Part shown: piece after piece, positions 14,802 through 22,747 of the stretch
Position numbering within the stretch: the stretch's first letter is position 1
How the letters are laid out: each line of letters starts with the position of its first letter
Origin: Phycisphaerae bacterium
GTDB taxonomy: Bacteria; Planctomycetota; Phycisphaerae; Sedimentisphaerales; Anaerobacaceae
Length of the DNA: 42,316 nucleotides
Assembly: GCA_041308485.1 (NCBI GenBank)
Contig: JBFZBL010000092.1
Span: forward strand, 1-42,316
Direction: 5' to 3'
Program-made: the position numbers and the translations under genes
Notes under the pieces: generated by a model
What the model saw: only the letters and a program-made list of their open reading frames with translations
Told to the model about the DNA's origin: nothing
Database searches by the model: none

Positions 14802-16575
14802 TTATTTTACTCCCTTTTTCGCCTTGGGTTCGTCGTTTAAGGAAGAATCGCTCAGCAATTTGCGCTATTATGATTACAACTACACTCAACTGACAAGCGA
14901 AATCCAGCAACTGGCCGTGTTTGCTGAAAAAAGTAGTCCTCGTGTCGATGGGTACGGTGTCCGCAAACCAGCCCTCAACGCCCTTGCGGTCGAATGCCTT
15001 TCGCGGCAGGTTTCCCGCGGCGTAGCCGTCCTTAATCTGGCCAAGCGTGTCAATCATACAACTGATTCCCGTGTTGACGCTTCGCAGCACGGCTAATCTG
15101 TTCTCTACCGCCCGAAATGCGCAAATCGCCGCGTGCTGTGAAAGCTCGGTTGCGGGCAGGACTTTGCCGTCTTCGAATCGCACAAACCACCCGTCATTGC
15201 TTATATTCACGAGCCAGTCGATTCGCCTGCTGCCTTTTTCATCCAGCGCAAATTTTCTCGCCATAAAAGGCACCGCATCCTCGTAGCAAATCATCACGCT
15301 GAATTTGTATGTGCGGTTGGCATCCTGCGGCTGCATTTCAAAGGCCGTATATTCCGTGCCCGGGTCAATCGTATAATCGAAATCGTAAGGCGACATTTTC
15401 AGGAACAGCTTGTGAATCAGCGGGATATTGGAGAAGGGCAGCATTTCGCCGAAGGGCACGAGATATATTTTGGAGTATTTTTGAGGCGACTGATTGCCGT
15501 CGGGCTTATACAAAAAAGCGGAGTTGAATTTTTGCGCCATGCGAATGTTGCCTGCGTCGTATCGAGGCGTGCCATCGTATGCCCCGACAAGAACATGCGC
15601 ACCTTTTTTGGCGTGCCCGCGGATGGTTTCATCGAAGGTTTTATAATAATGGTCATCAACCAGGAGGCGCAAGACCTGCCGGTTCAGTATTGCCTGCACC
15701 ATCGTTTCGGGCCAGACGACAAGTTTGGCCCCCGCAGTGATACACTGGTCGCTTTGCACCAGCAGCTCATCGAAAATTTGTTTTTCCGCGGCAAAGGATT
15801 TTTTGACGGATATGGGTATGTTCGTCTGAACCGCTGCAATCATAGGCCCGGGCGTGACTGTCGTATCGGACTGATTTATTCGCCAGTGTCCATACACGAG
15901 TGTGCCAACAACTACTGCGACTGTTACGATAATTGAGAATTTAGAATTAAGAATTAAGAAAGGCAGCCGAAGGCTCATTTGTTTCTTTTCTGAATTCTCA
16001 GTTTTCAATTCTAAATTTTTGGCACAAATTATTAATTGTGCAATTAACCCATTTACCATTCCCACCACAAACGAGACGCCCGCCGCGCCGAATATGTCGG
16101 CTATCTGGATTAAGGTGGTGTTGGTGAATTGGCTGTGAGCGAGATAGTTCCAGTAAAAGCCGCCCAGGAAAAGCCCCTGCATCTGCTCGATGCCTACGAC
16201 TGAGATGGGGACGGCGATAAAAAGCGGTATCTTTTTGTTTTTGCACCACCGCAAAGATAACACCAGTATAGGCCAGAGGAGGGCGGTATAAAGGCAAAAT
16301 GCGAGCCAGCCAATAACCGTTACGAAGCTCATCCAGTATATATTGCCGAGCCAGTAGCAGGTCGAGACGGCAAATGCGGTAAGATATAATCTCGATACTC
16401 GATGCTTGATACTCGATTCTCGTGATTCGGATAAGCAGACAAGAATAAAAGGCACATACGCCACCCACGCCAGCGGCCACCATCCAATCGGCTGCTGCGC
16501 CAGTGTCAGCATAACCGCCGTCGCGGCAAAAGCAGCTAAAAGACGCAAAATCCCTTTCGTGTTTTGAATACTCAA
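14785..16575 (-). CDS. lnt: apolipoprotein N-acyltransferase
   Basis: Polytopic N-terminal half and a C-terminal CN-hydrolase domain with LVVWPE (Glu), KIYLVPFGE (Lys) and VMICYE (Cys). TTG start at 16575 overlaps the methyltransferase stop by 4 nt; a later start cannot be excluded. Two repeat-encoded inserts lie in the membrane half. Confidence 0.85.
   Translation of the reverse strand: MSIQNTKGILRLLAAFAATAVMLTLAQQPIGWWPLAWVAYVPFILVCLSESRESSIKHRVSRLYLTAFAVSTCYWLGNIYWMSFVTVIGWLAFCLYTALLWPILVLSLRWCKNKKIPLFIAVPISVVGIEQMQGLFLGGFYWNYLAHSQFTNTTLIQIADIFGAAGVSFVVGMVNGLIAQLIICAKNLELKTENSEKKQMSLRLPFLILNSKFSIIVTVAVVVGTLVYGHWRINQSDTTVTPGPMIAAVQTNIPISVKKSFAAEKQIFDELLVQSDQCITAGAKLVVWPETMVQAILNRQVLRLLVDDHYYKTFDETIRGHAKKGAHVLVGAYDGTPRYDAGNIRMAQKFNSAFLYKPDGNQSPQKYSKIYLVPFGEMLPFSNIPLIHKLFLKMSPYDFDYTIDPGTEYTAFEMQPQDANRTYKFSVMICYEDAVPFMARKFALDEKGSRRIDWLVNISNDGWFVRFEDGKVLPATELSQHAAICAFRAVENRLAVLRSVNTGISCMIDTLGQIKDGYAAGNLPRKAFDRKGVEGWFADTVPIDTRTTFFSKHGQLLDFACQLSVVVIIIAQIAERFFLKRRTQGEKGSKINDDKK
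15930..16016. repeat. 87-nt inverted pair of heptamer arrays inside lnt (AATTNAG x4, 31-nt spacer, CTNAATT x4)
   Basis: AATTGAG AATTTAG AATTAAG AATTAAG (15930-15957) and CTGAATT CTCAGTT TTCAATT CTAAATT (15989-16016). The arms are 21/28 complementary. The spacer holds a small GCC-GAA-GGC hairpin. 87 nt equals 29 codons, encoding KNLELKTENSEKKQMSLRLPFLILNSKFS. Confidence 0.8.
16390..16431. repeat. heptanucleotide-periodic array inside lnt, NNTCGAT family
   Basis: TCTCGAT ACTCGAT GCTTGAT ACTCGAT TCTCGTG ATTCGGA. Same unit family and same strand orientation as the mrdA array. Encodes SESRESSIKHRVS. Confidence 0.8.
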
Positions 16576-17522
16576 TCCGTTATGCCCTTCAAAGCGGTCG
16601 CTATCTCCGCGGAGATATACTGTTTTTGATTGTTCATTCGGATGGCAAACTGGCCCGTGAACAGTTCCAGAAGGTCTTTGTTCGACAGGAGCTGTTTGGG
16701 TGAATATCCGATGTCCGGTATGAGCCGTTTTAATTCACGTATTTCGACGATATTCAGTTTGTGTTCTTTTTCCATTCTCGCTTGAGTATCGAGCTGAGCG
16801 AGACGCTGATTTGCTTTTTTAACATAATCCGCGGAGATTTCTATACCGACGTAGTTTCTGTGCAGTTTTTTTGCCGCTGCTGCCGTTGTACCTGAGCCGA
16901 CGAATGGGTCAAGAACACAGTCTCCCGCATTTGAGCTTGCCGCGATGATTCTCATAAGCAATTGTTCAGGCATCTGGCAGGGGTGCCAGCCGGTGCGTTC
17001 TTTGAATGTTCCGCACACCCGCGGGTCCTCCCATACGTCGTCGGGAATCTTGCCCGCGGGGTTGGCGCGTTTATCCGCATAAATCAACTGCCGGTCCGAT
17101 GGAACTCGCACTGCGAAATCGTTGAAAGCGAAATTTTTACTGTCATTGACAAAGTAAAATATATGCGTGTGTGAACGGGCGAACTTGTCTTTTGTCTGCT
17201 GGCCAAAGGTATAGTGCCATATTATCCAGTTGCGCATCACCAAACCCAGTTCATCTGCGATAACCTTTACATTCGCGGCGTAATCATCTCCTATGGCGAT
17301 GTAAAACGAACCGGCGGGCTTGAGCACTTTTTTGCAGGCGGCAATCCAGTCTTTTGTCCACGCGATGTAGTTATTTCGTTCGACTTTATCGTGGTATTTA
17401 TCGTATTTGTACCCGATATTGAAGGGGGGGTCTGCGAATATCAAGTCCACGAAGGGCTGGGCGATTTTGCCCAGTGTTTCGATACAGTCGCCGCAAATTA
17501 TCTTATTCAATAATTCCTGCAT
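16572..17522 (-). CDS. beta-class N6-adenine/N4-cytosine DNA methyltransferase, no cognate nuclease in the window
   Basis: Motif IV IFADPPFNIGY comes N-terminal to motif I VLDPFVGSGTTAAAA, the beta-class permutation of the N6_N4_Mtase family. A tail of about 80 aa follows the catalytic core. Confidence 0.85.
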   Translation of the reverse strand: MQELLNKIICGDCIETLGKIAQPFVDLIFADPPFNIGYKYDKYHDKVERNNYIAWTKDWIAACKKVLKPAGSFYIAIGDDYAANVKVIADELGLVMRNWIIWHYTFGQQTKDKFARSHTHIFYFVNDSKNFAFNDFAVRVPSDRQLIYADKRANPAGKIPDDVWEDPRVCGTFKERTGWHPCQMPEQLLMRIIAASSNAGDCVLDPFVGSGTTAAAAKKLHRNYVGIEISADYVKKANQRLAQLDTQARMEKEHKLNIVEIRELKRLIPDIGYSPKQLLSNKDLLELFTGQFAIRMNNQKQYISAEIATALKGITD

Positions 17523-17532
17523 ACCGGCATAT

Positions 17533-17574
17533 TTTAAGCTTAAAACTTAAAACTAAAAGCTAAAAACTTATGAC
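17533..17574. repeat. heptanucleotide-periodic array, TTAAAAC/TAAAAGC units, intergenic
   Basis: TTTAAGC TTAAAAC TTAAAAC TAAAAGC TAAAAAC TTATGAC, directly upstream of the methyltransferase start codon. Confidence 0.75.
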
Positions 17575-17686
17575 ATTATCGGCCTCAGATGAAAATTTGT
17601 GAAGTAAGGCCGGGAAAATCGTGAAAAAACGTCGTTAGAATTTTGGAATTGGCCATTTTAGTTTATAATTTATATGAGGGGACAAT

Positions 17687-18193
17687 ATGTTTCGCAGCAA
17701 CTCAAAGCATAAAACTTTACTCGCCATATTTAAGTCGAGTCGCAGCTCAAAATCGAAGGCCGGGATGACGCTGGTGGAGGTGATGATTGCCGTCGCGGTT
17801 GTCATCGTCGCCGCATTAGGCACGCTGTGTTATGAGTATCTTTGCATAGACCACGTCCGAGTCGCACGGGCTGAGTTGACTGCGACCCGCATCGGCCAGC
17901 TTCTCCTTGAGGACTGGAAAAGCGAAGGCGGCACTCTCGATTACAATCCCGAAGATCTGCATATGGGTTTCGAGCTGCCTGATGATTTGCCCACGAATTG
18001 TGTTACGGTCGTTGATGGTCTGCCTCTGCACATCAGTATGACTCATTCTGATGTTGACGCCGACGCATTTACGGGCGTCAAGCTCAGCGAGATAAGCGTT
18101 GTTGTCAGTTGGAAAAGGTATTTCGGAAACGGCGCACCGGAGGGTGATGACCCGCGGGTAGTTCTTACTACTTATGTCAGGCGTGACCAGTGA
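17687..18193 (+). CDS. prepilin-type N-terminal cleavage/methylation domain protein (pseudopilin-like)
   Basis: KAG/MTLVEVMIAVAVVIVAALG matches the G-[FM]-[ST]-L-x-E class III signal with a hydrophobic helix. SD GAGGGG lies upstream of the ATG. Confidence 0.75.
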   Translation: MFRSNSKHKTLLAIFKSSRSSKSKAGMTLVEVMIAVAVVIVAALGTLCYEYLCIDHVRVARAELTATRIGQLLLEDWKSEGGTLDYNPEDLHMGFELPDDLPTNCVTVVDGLPLHISMTHSDVDADAFTGVKLSEISVVVSWKRYFGNGAPEGDDPRVVLTTYVRRDQ

Positions 18194-18879
18194 GACAACA
18201 AATTATGAACAACGAGCGACAGACAACAAACTACGAGCATAAGATGAGAGCCGGCTTTAGCCTCATCGAACTTATCGTTGCGACAACCGCTTCGCTGATT
18301 CTTGTTCTCGTCGTTGGTACTCTGCTTGTCAGCGGTCAGCGAAGCTGGGCGAGGGCCTTCAGTTACTCATACGCCAAGCCCCAGATTGACGCCCTTGCGA
18401 GCACTATAACATTAGGTACCTTCGGCAGAAAAGCCAACAGGATGGATTACAAGCTCTATAAAATAGTTGGCAACGAGTTTGTTGTTGCTGTGCCGCAGGT
18501 TAATCCGGAGGAGGTCGTAACCGGGGAGGCAATTGAGTTTCATTACTGGGACGAAGACCTTGACGCTTCTGTTATGAAGACATCTATAACAGGCACGGCG
18601 TATGCGTTTTTCTATCTCGATGGCGACAAACTAATGCTCGACACGGGGCCGTTCCCGCCGGGGGGAGTTGACGCTGCCGGCCACCGCCTTGTGGGCGACA
18701 ATATAAGCACTATTACGCTTGCCGAAAATGTCACCGACCTTGAGTTCAGCCACACCACTCGCAACATGGAAGGCGACGGAAAAGGATGCATTCGTATGAA
18801 TATGACTATCGAGGGCGCTGACAGCAATACGCCGACAACCGTGACCGCTGCCACCCTGATGCGAAACACCTGGCCCTGA
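18190..18879 (+). CDS. prepilin-type N-terminal cleavage/methylation domain protein (pseudopilin-like)
   Basis: MRAG/FSLIELIVATTASLILVLVVG class III signal. The GTG at 18190 overlaps the upstream stop (GTGA). ATG 18205 and ATG 18244 are alternative starts. The leader NNERQTTNYEHK is encoded by a repeat. Confidence 0.75.
   Translation: MRQQIMNNERQTTNYEHKMRAGFSLIELIVATTASLILVLVVGTLLVSGQRSWARAFSYSYAKPQIDALASTITLGTFGRKANRMDYKLYKIVGNEFVVAVPQVNPEEVVTGEAIEFHYWDEDLDASVMKTSITGTAYAFFYLDGDKLMLDTGPFPPGGVDAAGHRLVGDNISTITLAENVTDLEFSHTTRNMEGDGKGCIRMNMTIEGADSNTPTTVTAATLMRNTWP
18192..18240. repeat. heptad-block duplication at the 5' end of the second pseudopilin gene
   Basis: GAGACAA CAAATTA TGAACAA CGAGCGA / CAGACAA CAAACTA CGAGCAT. 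A 21-nt motif is repeated with one extra 7-nt block in the first copy. Confidence 0.6.
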
Positions 18880-18884
18880 TATCG

Positions 18885-18919
18885 TATTAAGAATTGAGAA
18901 TTTGGGAATTTTAGAATGG
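18885..18919. repeat. heptanucleotide-periodic array, AATTNAG family, running into a start codon
   Basis: TATTAAG AATTGAG AATTTGG GAATTTT AGAATGG. The ATG of the 580-aa gene (18916) lies in the last unit. Confidence 0.7.
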
Positions 18920-20658
18920 AATACACAAACAAATCAAATGCTATTGCCGGGGTACGTTTCTGTGTTCGTCGGGCACAGAATGGTTTTGTCCTTCCTCTTA
19001 TAATTGTGGCCGTAATTATATTGGGGATTCTGGCGACGGGCCTCATAATGGTCGGATACGGCGTCCGGATGCAGGCCGTCAGGGCCAAATGCCAAACCGC
19101 CGCCCTGCTTGCCGCGGAGGCCGGCTACGAACAAGGAATCTTCTGGATGAGTGAGCAGCCCGATATCCTCGGCGCACTGCAGGACGCCCATTCCGGCGCG
19201 TCGGGGACTATTGAATTCGAGAGCGGCGATTGCAGTTATCAGGTTGACTTCGATGATTACATCGGCGCAAAACCCGTCTTCAGGATTACCTCAACCGGGA
19301 CAAGCGGAGTTGTTACGCGAGTCGTCGATGTTCAGGTTGTCCAGGAGGTAACCGGCTGGGTTATGGGTAAGTGCCGTATTCCCACAGGCCCGACTTCCAC
19401 CGGTCCTGTCAATTTTGCCAACGGCGAGATACTCGATATACCGATTCACATTAATAATCTTAAAGACAGCCCCGATGAGCGAGATATATACATAGTCGGC
19501 AGCCCGGAATTCAGGCAGAAAGTCGAAATGGGCGAATCGAGGGAAACATCAGGAGGCGCTGATAAATACGCTTCGGTAATGGGGCTTTTCAAGGATGGAA
19601 TTTATTTTGACCAGCCCAACGTGCGAATCACCAGTGCCGCCGCCGTCCAGAGCAAGGTCAATCGCTTCCGCGACAGCACTGATGCGCTCTTCAGGTTAAC
19701 ACCTGTAGGCACCGCCAATATAGGCACCGCTGCCACGAGACGAAATGCCGTCCAGCTCGAATTCTATATTGACACCAACAGCGGCAGCGAGGTTGGAATG
19801 GTGAGAATCACCAATAACTGCACAGTTAAAACGTCTCCGGGCAACACCTATGACTATAATATGATTTCCAGCGAAGGCGCAGGTATTTATCAGAAATACG
19901 GCATCTACGCCTGCCATTATGCGCCGAGTGCGCCTGCGCTTGTTTACCCGGTTACGGCTACTTACGTCACTCAGCATTTCGGCAGCAAAGAAAGCGACCC
20001 CGGCGGCCAAATCTTTGTTAACGGCAACGTCATAATCGGCGGCGACAGTGTTACCGACATCAATATGGTCGTAATGGGAAAGATGACGGTTGTAGCCACG
20101 GGCAATATCTGGATAGCCGATGCCATAACAGTTCACGGCGCAAGAGACGCGGCGACGGCTTTGCCCGCCGAGGGCAATCCCAATGTACTTGGTCTTATTG
20201 CGCAGGGAGTTGTCAAAATTGCGGACCCGGGTCTGTCGGCTGGTTGTCCCAACTCTGTTGATGACCGATTGTATCCCTCTGACCCCGCTAAAAAGCATTA
20301 CTATAAGCCGGTAGCCAACGCGGATGGCGCCGTGGTGAACAACCGCAAACTGCCTCATAATATGATTGTTGAAGCTGCCGTTACCGTCGGCGGAGGCGGA
20401 TGGGGCGCGGAAAACGTCAATAGTAACAGCACCGGCAGAAAAACAACGGGCCCTGGCAATAATGATTTCCTGGTTCTCAGGGGCTCGCTTTCCGAGTGCG
20501 TCAGGGGTATTGTTGGCCAGATCAACGCCAACGGTTATCTCAAGAAGTATTATCTTGACAAGCGATTGCTCGAAGGAATTCTCCCCGGTGATATATGGTT
20601 CGGCGGCAAATATGTCCCCGCTCCCGCCGGGTGGCACGATTATAAACCAGAAGAGTAA
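18916..20658 (+). CDS. large PilX-N-like pilus/pseudopilus-associated protein
   Basis: N-terminus NGFVLPLIIVAVIILGILATGLIMVGYGVRMQAVRAKCQTAALLAAEAGYEQGIFWM resembles the PilX N-terminal domain (G-x-x-L-P, hydrophobic helix, then an AEAG helix). The C-terminal 350 aa are rich in G/N/V beta-strand repeats (GNVIIGGDSV, GKMTVVATGNIWIADAI). Third gene of the pseudopilin set. Confidence 0.6.
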   Translation: MEYTNKSNAIAGVRFCVRRAQNGFVLPLIIVAVIILGILATGLIMVGYGVRMQAVRAKCQTAALLAAEAGYEQGIFWMSEQPDILGALQDAHSGASGTIEFESGDCSYQVDFDDYIGAKPVFRITSTGTSGVVTRVVDVQVVQEVTGWVMGKCRIPTGPTSTGPVNFANGEILDIPIHINNLKDSPDERDIYIVGSPEFRQKVEMGESRETSGGADKYASVMGLFKDGIYFDQPNVRITSAAAVQSKVNRFRDSTDALFRLTPVGTANIGTAATRRNAVQLEFYIDTNSGSEVGMVRITNNCTVKTSPGNTYDYNMISSEGAGIYQKYGIYACHYAPSAPALVYPVTATYVTQHFGSKESDPGGQIFVNGNVIIGGDSVTDINMVVMGKMTVVATGNIWIADAITVHGARDAATALPAEGNPNVLGLIAQGVVKIADPGLSAGCPNSVDDRLYPSDPAKKHYYKPVANADGAVVNNRKLPHNMIVEAAVTVGGGGWGAENVNSNSTGRKTTGPGNNDFLVLRGSLSECVRGIVGQINANGYLKKYYLDKRLLEGILPGDIWFGGKYVPAPAGWHDYKPEE

Positions 20659-20690
20659 TCAAAATCTGAAATTCTGAATTAGTGCGGTGA

Positions 20691-21347
20691 TTACTTTTTG
20701 CCTGCGGGCTGCGGCGGGCGAATGATGAATTGCTCGGTGAATATCATGCCCGACAGGTAATCGGTGAAAGTGACCTTAACGGTCAGAGGTTTATCGAACT
20801 TGTCAACGATCCCGGCCGCGTCAAAACTCAGCCGGTAGCTGCTCGAAAACATCCCGCCAAGCCATAGCTTCTTAATCTCATTCGGCTCAAGCTGCCACTG
20901 CGCCAAGCGGGCTTCATTTTCCTTTTTGTTCAGGTCCCACAGTTGAACCTCAATGGCTCCTCCCGCCTTTACGGCATCGCCAGTTTCGTCTATCGGCTCG
21001 ACGTAAACGACCAGCTTTTTCTTTCCGGCTGCAGTCGGGGTCTTGTCCTCTTCATAAAAGCTTGTGAACCTGCCGATTTTGACTGTTTTGATGTGGTATA
21101 TCGCGTCGGCCCTCTTGTCGGGGGGCAGTGTCGAAAGCGATTCCGCCTGTTTTTTGAGCCGGTCGTTTTCCGCTTTGATTTGTTCGAGCTGGTTTTGAAG
21201 GTCAGTTTTTTGCGAGGTAAGCTGCTGAGTCTGCTTTGAGGCTGCCGGCTTTCCACCTATCCGGGTCTCGCATCCAGGCGCGAATGCCAGAGATATGAAT
21301 ACACCAACGAACAATGAGCTACGAACCAAGAACATCATAATTCTCAA
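20691..21347 (-). CDS. hypothetical lipoprotein with a short coiled-coil
   Basis: Signal peptide with lipobox LAFAPGC. Next comes QQLTSQKTDLQNQLEQIKAENDRLKKQAESL, then a beta-rich domain. Starts 9 nt after the clpP stop. Confidence 0.65.
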   Translation of the reverse strand: MRIMMFLVRSSLFVGVFISLAFAPGCETRIGGKPAASKQTQQLTSQKTDLQNQLEQIKAENDRLKKQAESLSTLPPDKRADAIYHIKTVKIGRFTSFYEEDKTPTAAGKKKLVVYVEPIDETGDAVKAGGAIEVQLWDLNKKENEARLAQWQLEPNEIKKLWLGGMFSSSYRLSFDAAGIVDKFDKPLTVKVTFTDYLSGMIFTEQFIIRPPQPAGKK

Positions 21348-21359
21348 TTCTCAAATTAA
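21339..21359. repeat. AATTGAG-family heptamer units (read on the minus strand) between the clpP stop and the lipoprotein start
   Basis: The plus strand reads AATTCTC AATTCTC AAATTAA. The minus strand reads TTAATTT GAGAATT GAGAATT followed by ATG. Confidence 0.6.
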
Positions 21360-21988
21360 CTTTCTTTGTTCGACGCCTTGGCGATTTCCGGCGCCTTTTG
21401 GATTATTCTGTCCGCAAGCCCGTAGCTGATTGCCTCATCGGCGTCCAACCACAGGTTTCTGTCGCAGTCCTTCTCGATTTTTTCAGCGGTTTGCCCGGTG
21501 TGTTTGGCGAGAATGCTGTAGAGCCTGGCTCGCAGACGAAGTATTTCCTTGGCCTCAATTTCGAGGTCGGTGGCAGGCGCAATCAGTTCCCCCGAAATTA
21601 ACGGCTGATGAATGAGGACCCTGTTGTTGGCCAGCAGGAATCGTTTTCCCGTTTTGCCGCCGGCGAGCAATACGGCGGCCATACTCGCCGCCTGACCGAC
21701 GCAGTATGTCGCGACGTCGCAGCGAAGGAACTGCATCGTGTCGTATATCGCGAGTCCGGCCGTTATTGAGCCGCCCGGCGAGTTGATGTAAAGATGAATG
21801 TCCGTTTTTGTGTCCTCGTTGCTCAAAAACAGCAATTGTGCTATCACGAGGTTTGCGGCTGAATCATCAATCGGCCCGCTGATAAAGATGATTCTGTCTT
21901 TAAGCAGCCGCGAGTAAATGTCGTATGCCCGTTCGCCGCGGCCGGTCTTCTCGATTACTATGGGCACCAAATTCTGGTCAACTATCAT
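21356..21988 (-). CDS. clpP: ATP-dependent Clp protease proteolytic subunit
   Basis: [46 protein letters not shown] (Ser) and VLIHQP (His) are canonical ClpP blocks. Confidence 0.95.
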   Translation of the reverse strand: MIVDQNLVPIVIEKTGRGERAYDIYSRLLKDRIIFISGPIDDSAANLVIAQLLFLSNEDTKTDIHLYINSPGGSITAGLAIYDTMQFLRCDVATYCVGQAASMAAVLLAGGKTGKRFLLANNRVLIHQPLISGELIAPATDLEIEAKEILRLRARLYSILAKHTGQTAEKIEKDCDRNLWLDADEAISYGLADRIIQKAPEIAKASNKES

Positions 21989-22011
21989 AGTTTCGCTTTC
22001 TTTAGTGGTTA

Positions 22012-22680
22012 TTATTTTTTGTCGACAGATTTTTTCTTATCTGATTCGTCAAGCTGGAGGACTTCGTCGATGAGGCCGTATTTAAGGGCCTCGTCGGCGG
22101 TCATGTACCTGTCTCTTTCGGTTTCGGCGATGATTTTTTCGACCGGCTGACCTGAGAGTTTGGCAAGCAGCTCATTGAGCATTTTCTTTGCCTTGAGGAT
22201 TTCTTCCGCCTGAATCTTTATGTCCGATGCCTGGCCGTAAACCTCGCCCCATGGCTGATGAAGCATAATTTTGGCGTGCGGCAGCGCGAACCGTTTTCCT
22301 TTTGTGCCGGCGGCGAGAACAATAGCACCGCCAGACTGCGCCCGGCCGATGCAGTAAGTCGCGATGGGCGAGCTGACAAACTGCATCGTGTCGTAAATCG
22401 CCATCGTGTCATCAACTGAGCCGCCCGGTGAGTTGACGTACAAGCTGATTTCGGTGTTGCGCTTCTGGTTGTCGAGGTAAAGGATTTTCATTATTACCTC
22501 GGTTGCCCTGGCGTAGTTGATTTCGCCGATGAGAAAGACGATGCGGTTTTCGAGCAGCATATCATCCAGGCTCATCTGGCGATATTGCTGGTAATGTCCG
22601 CCCGGCGGCCCATACTGGTCCTGATATGCCCCTTTTGGTTCGACTATCATACGTTTTTCTGGTCCCTTGCTGAACATCAA
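22012..22680 (-). CDS. clpP: ATP-dependent Clp protease proteolytic subunit, second paralog with an N-terminal extension
   Basis: [37 protein letters not shown] (Ser retained) and IMLHQP (His). About 35 extra N-terminal residues relative to the downstream paralog. Confidence 0.9.
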   Translation of the reverse strand: MMFSKGPEKRMIVEPKGAYQDQYGPPGGHYQQYRQMSLDDMLLENRIVFLIGEINYARATEVIMKILYLDNQKRNTEISLYVNSPGGSVDDTMAIYDTMQFVSSPIATYCIGRAQSGGAIVLAAGTKGKRFALPHAKIMLHQPWGEVYGQASDIKIQAEEILKAKKMLNELLAKLSGQPVEKIIAETERDRYMTADEALKYGLIDEVLQLDESDKKKSVDKK

Positions 22681-22747
22681 GTTTTTCCTTAATTAGTAGG
22701 GCGGGGTAAATCCCGCCGATTAAGGTGTTTATCGGATATTCTTACGT

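Noticed and set aside
17643-17669. Candidate pseudopilin promoter TTGGAA-15 nt-TATAAT
   Set aside because: The -10 is perfect but the 15-nt spacer is short and the -35 is weak, so it is left unannotated.
19696-20637. 313-aa ORF on the minus strand
   Set aside because: It lies entirely antisense to the 580-aa PilX-N-like gene, which has a recognisable N-terminal domain and fits the operon orientation. The antisense translation has no motif and looks like a shadow ORF.
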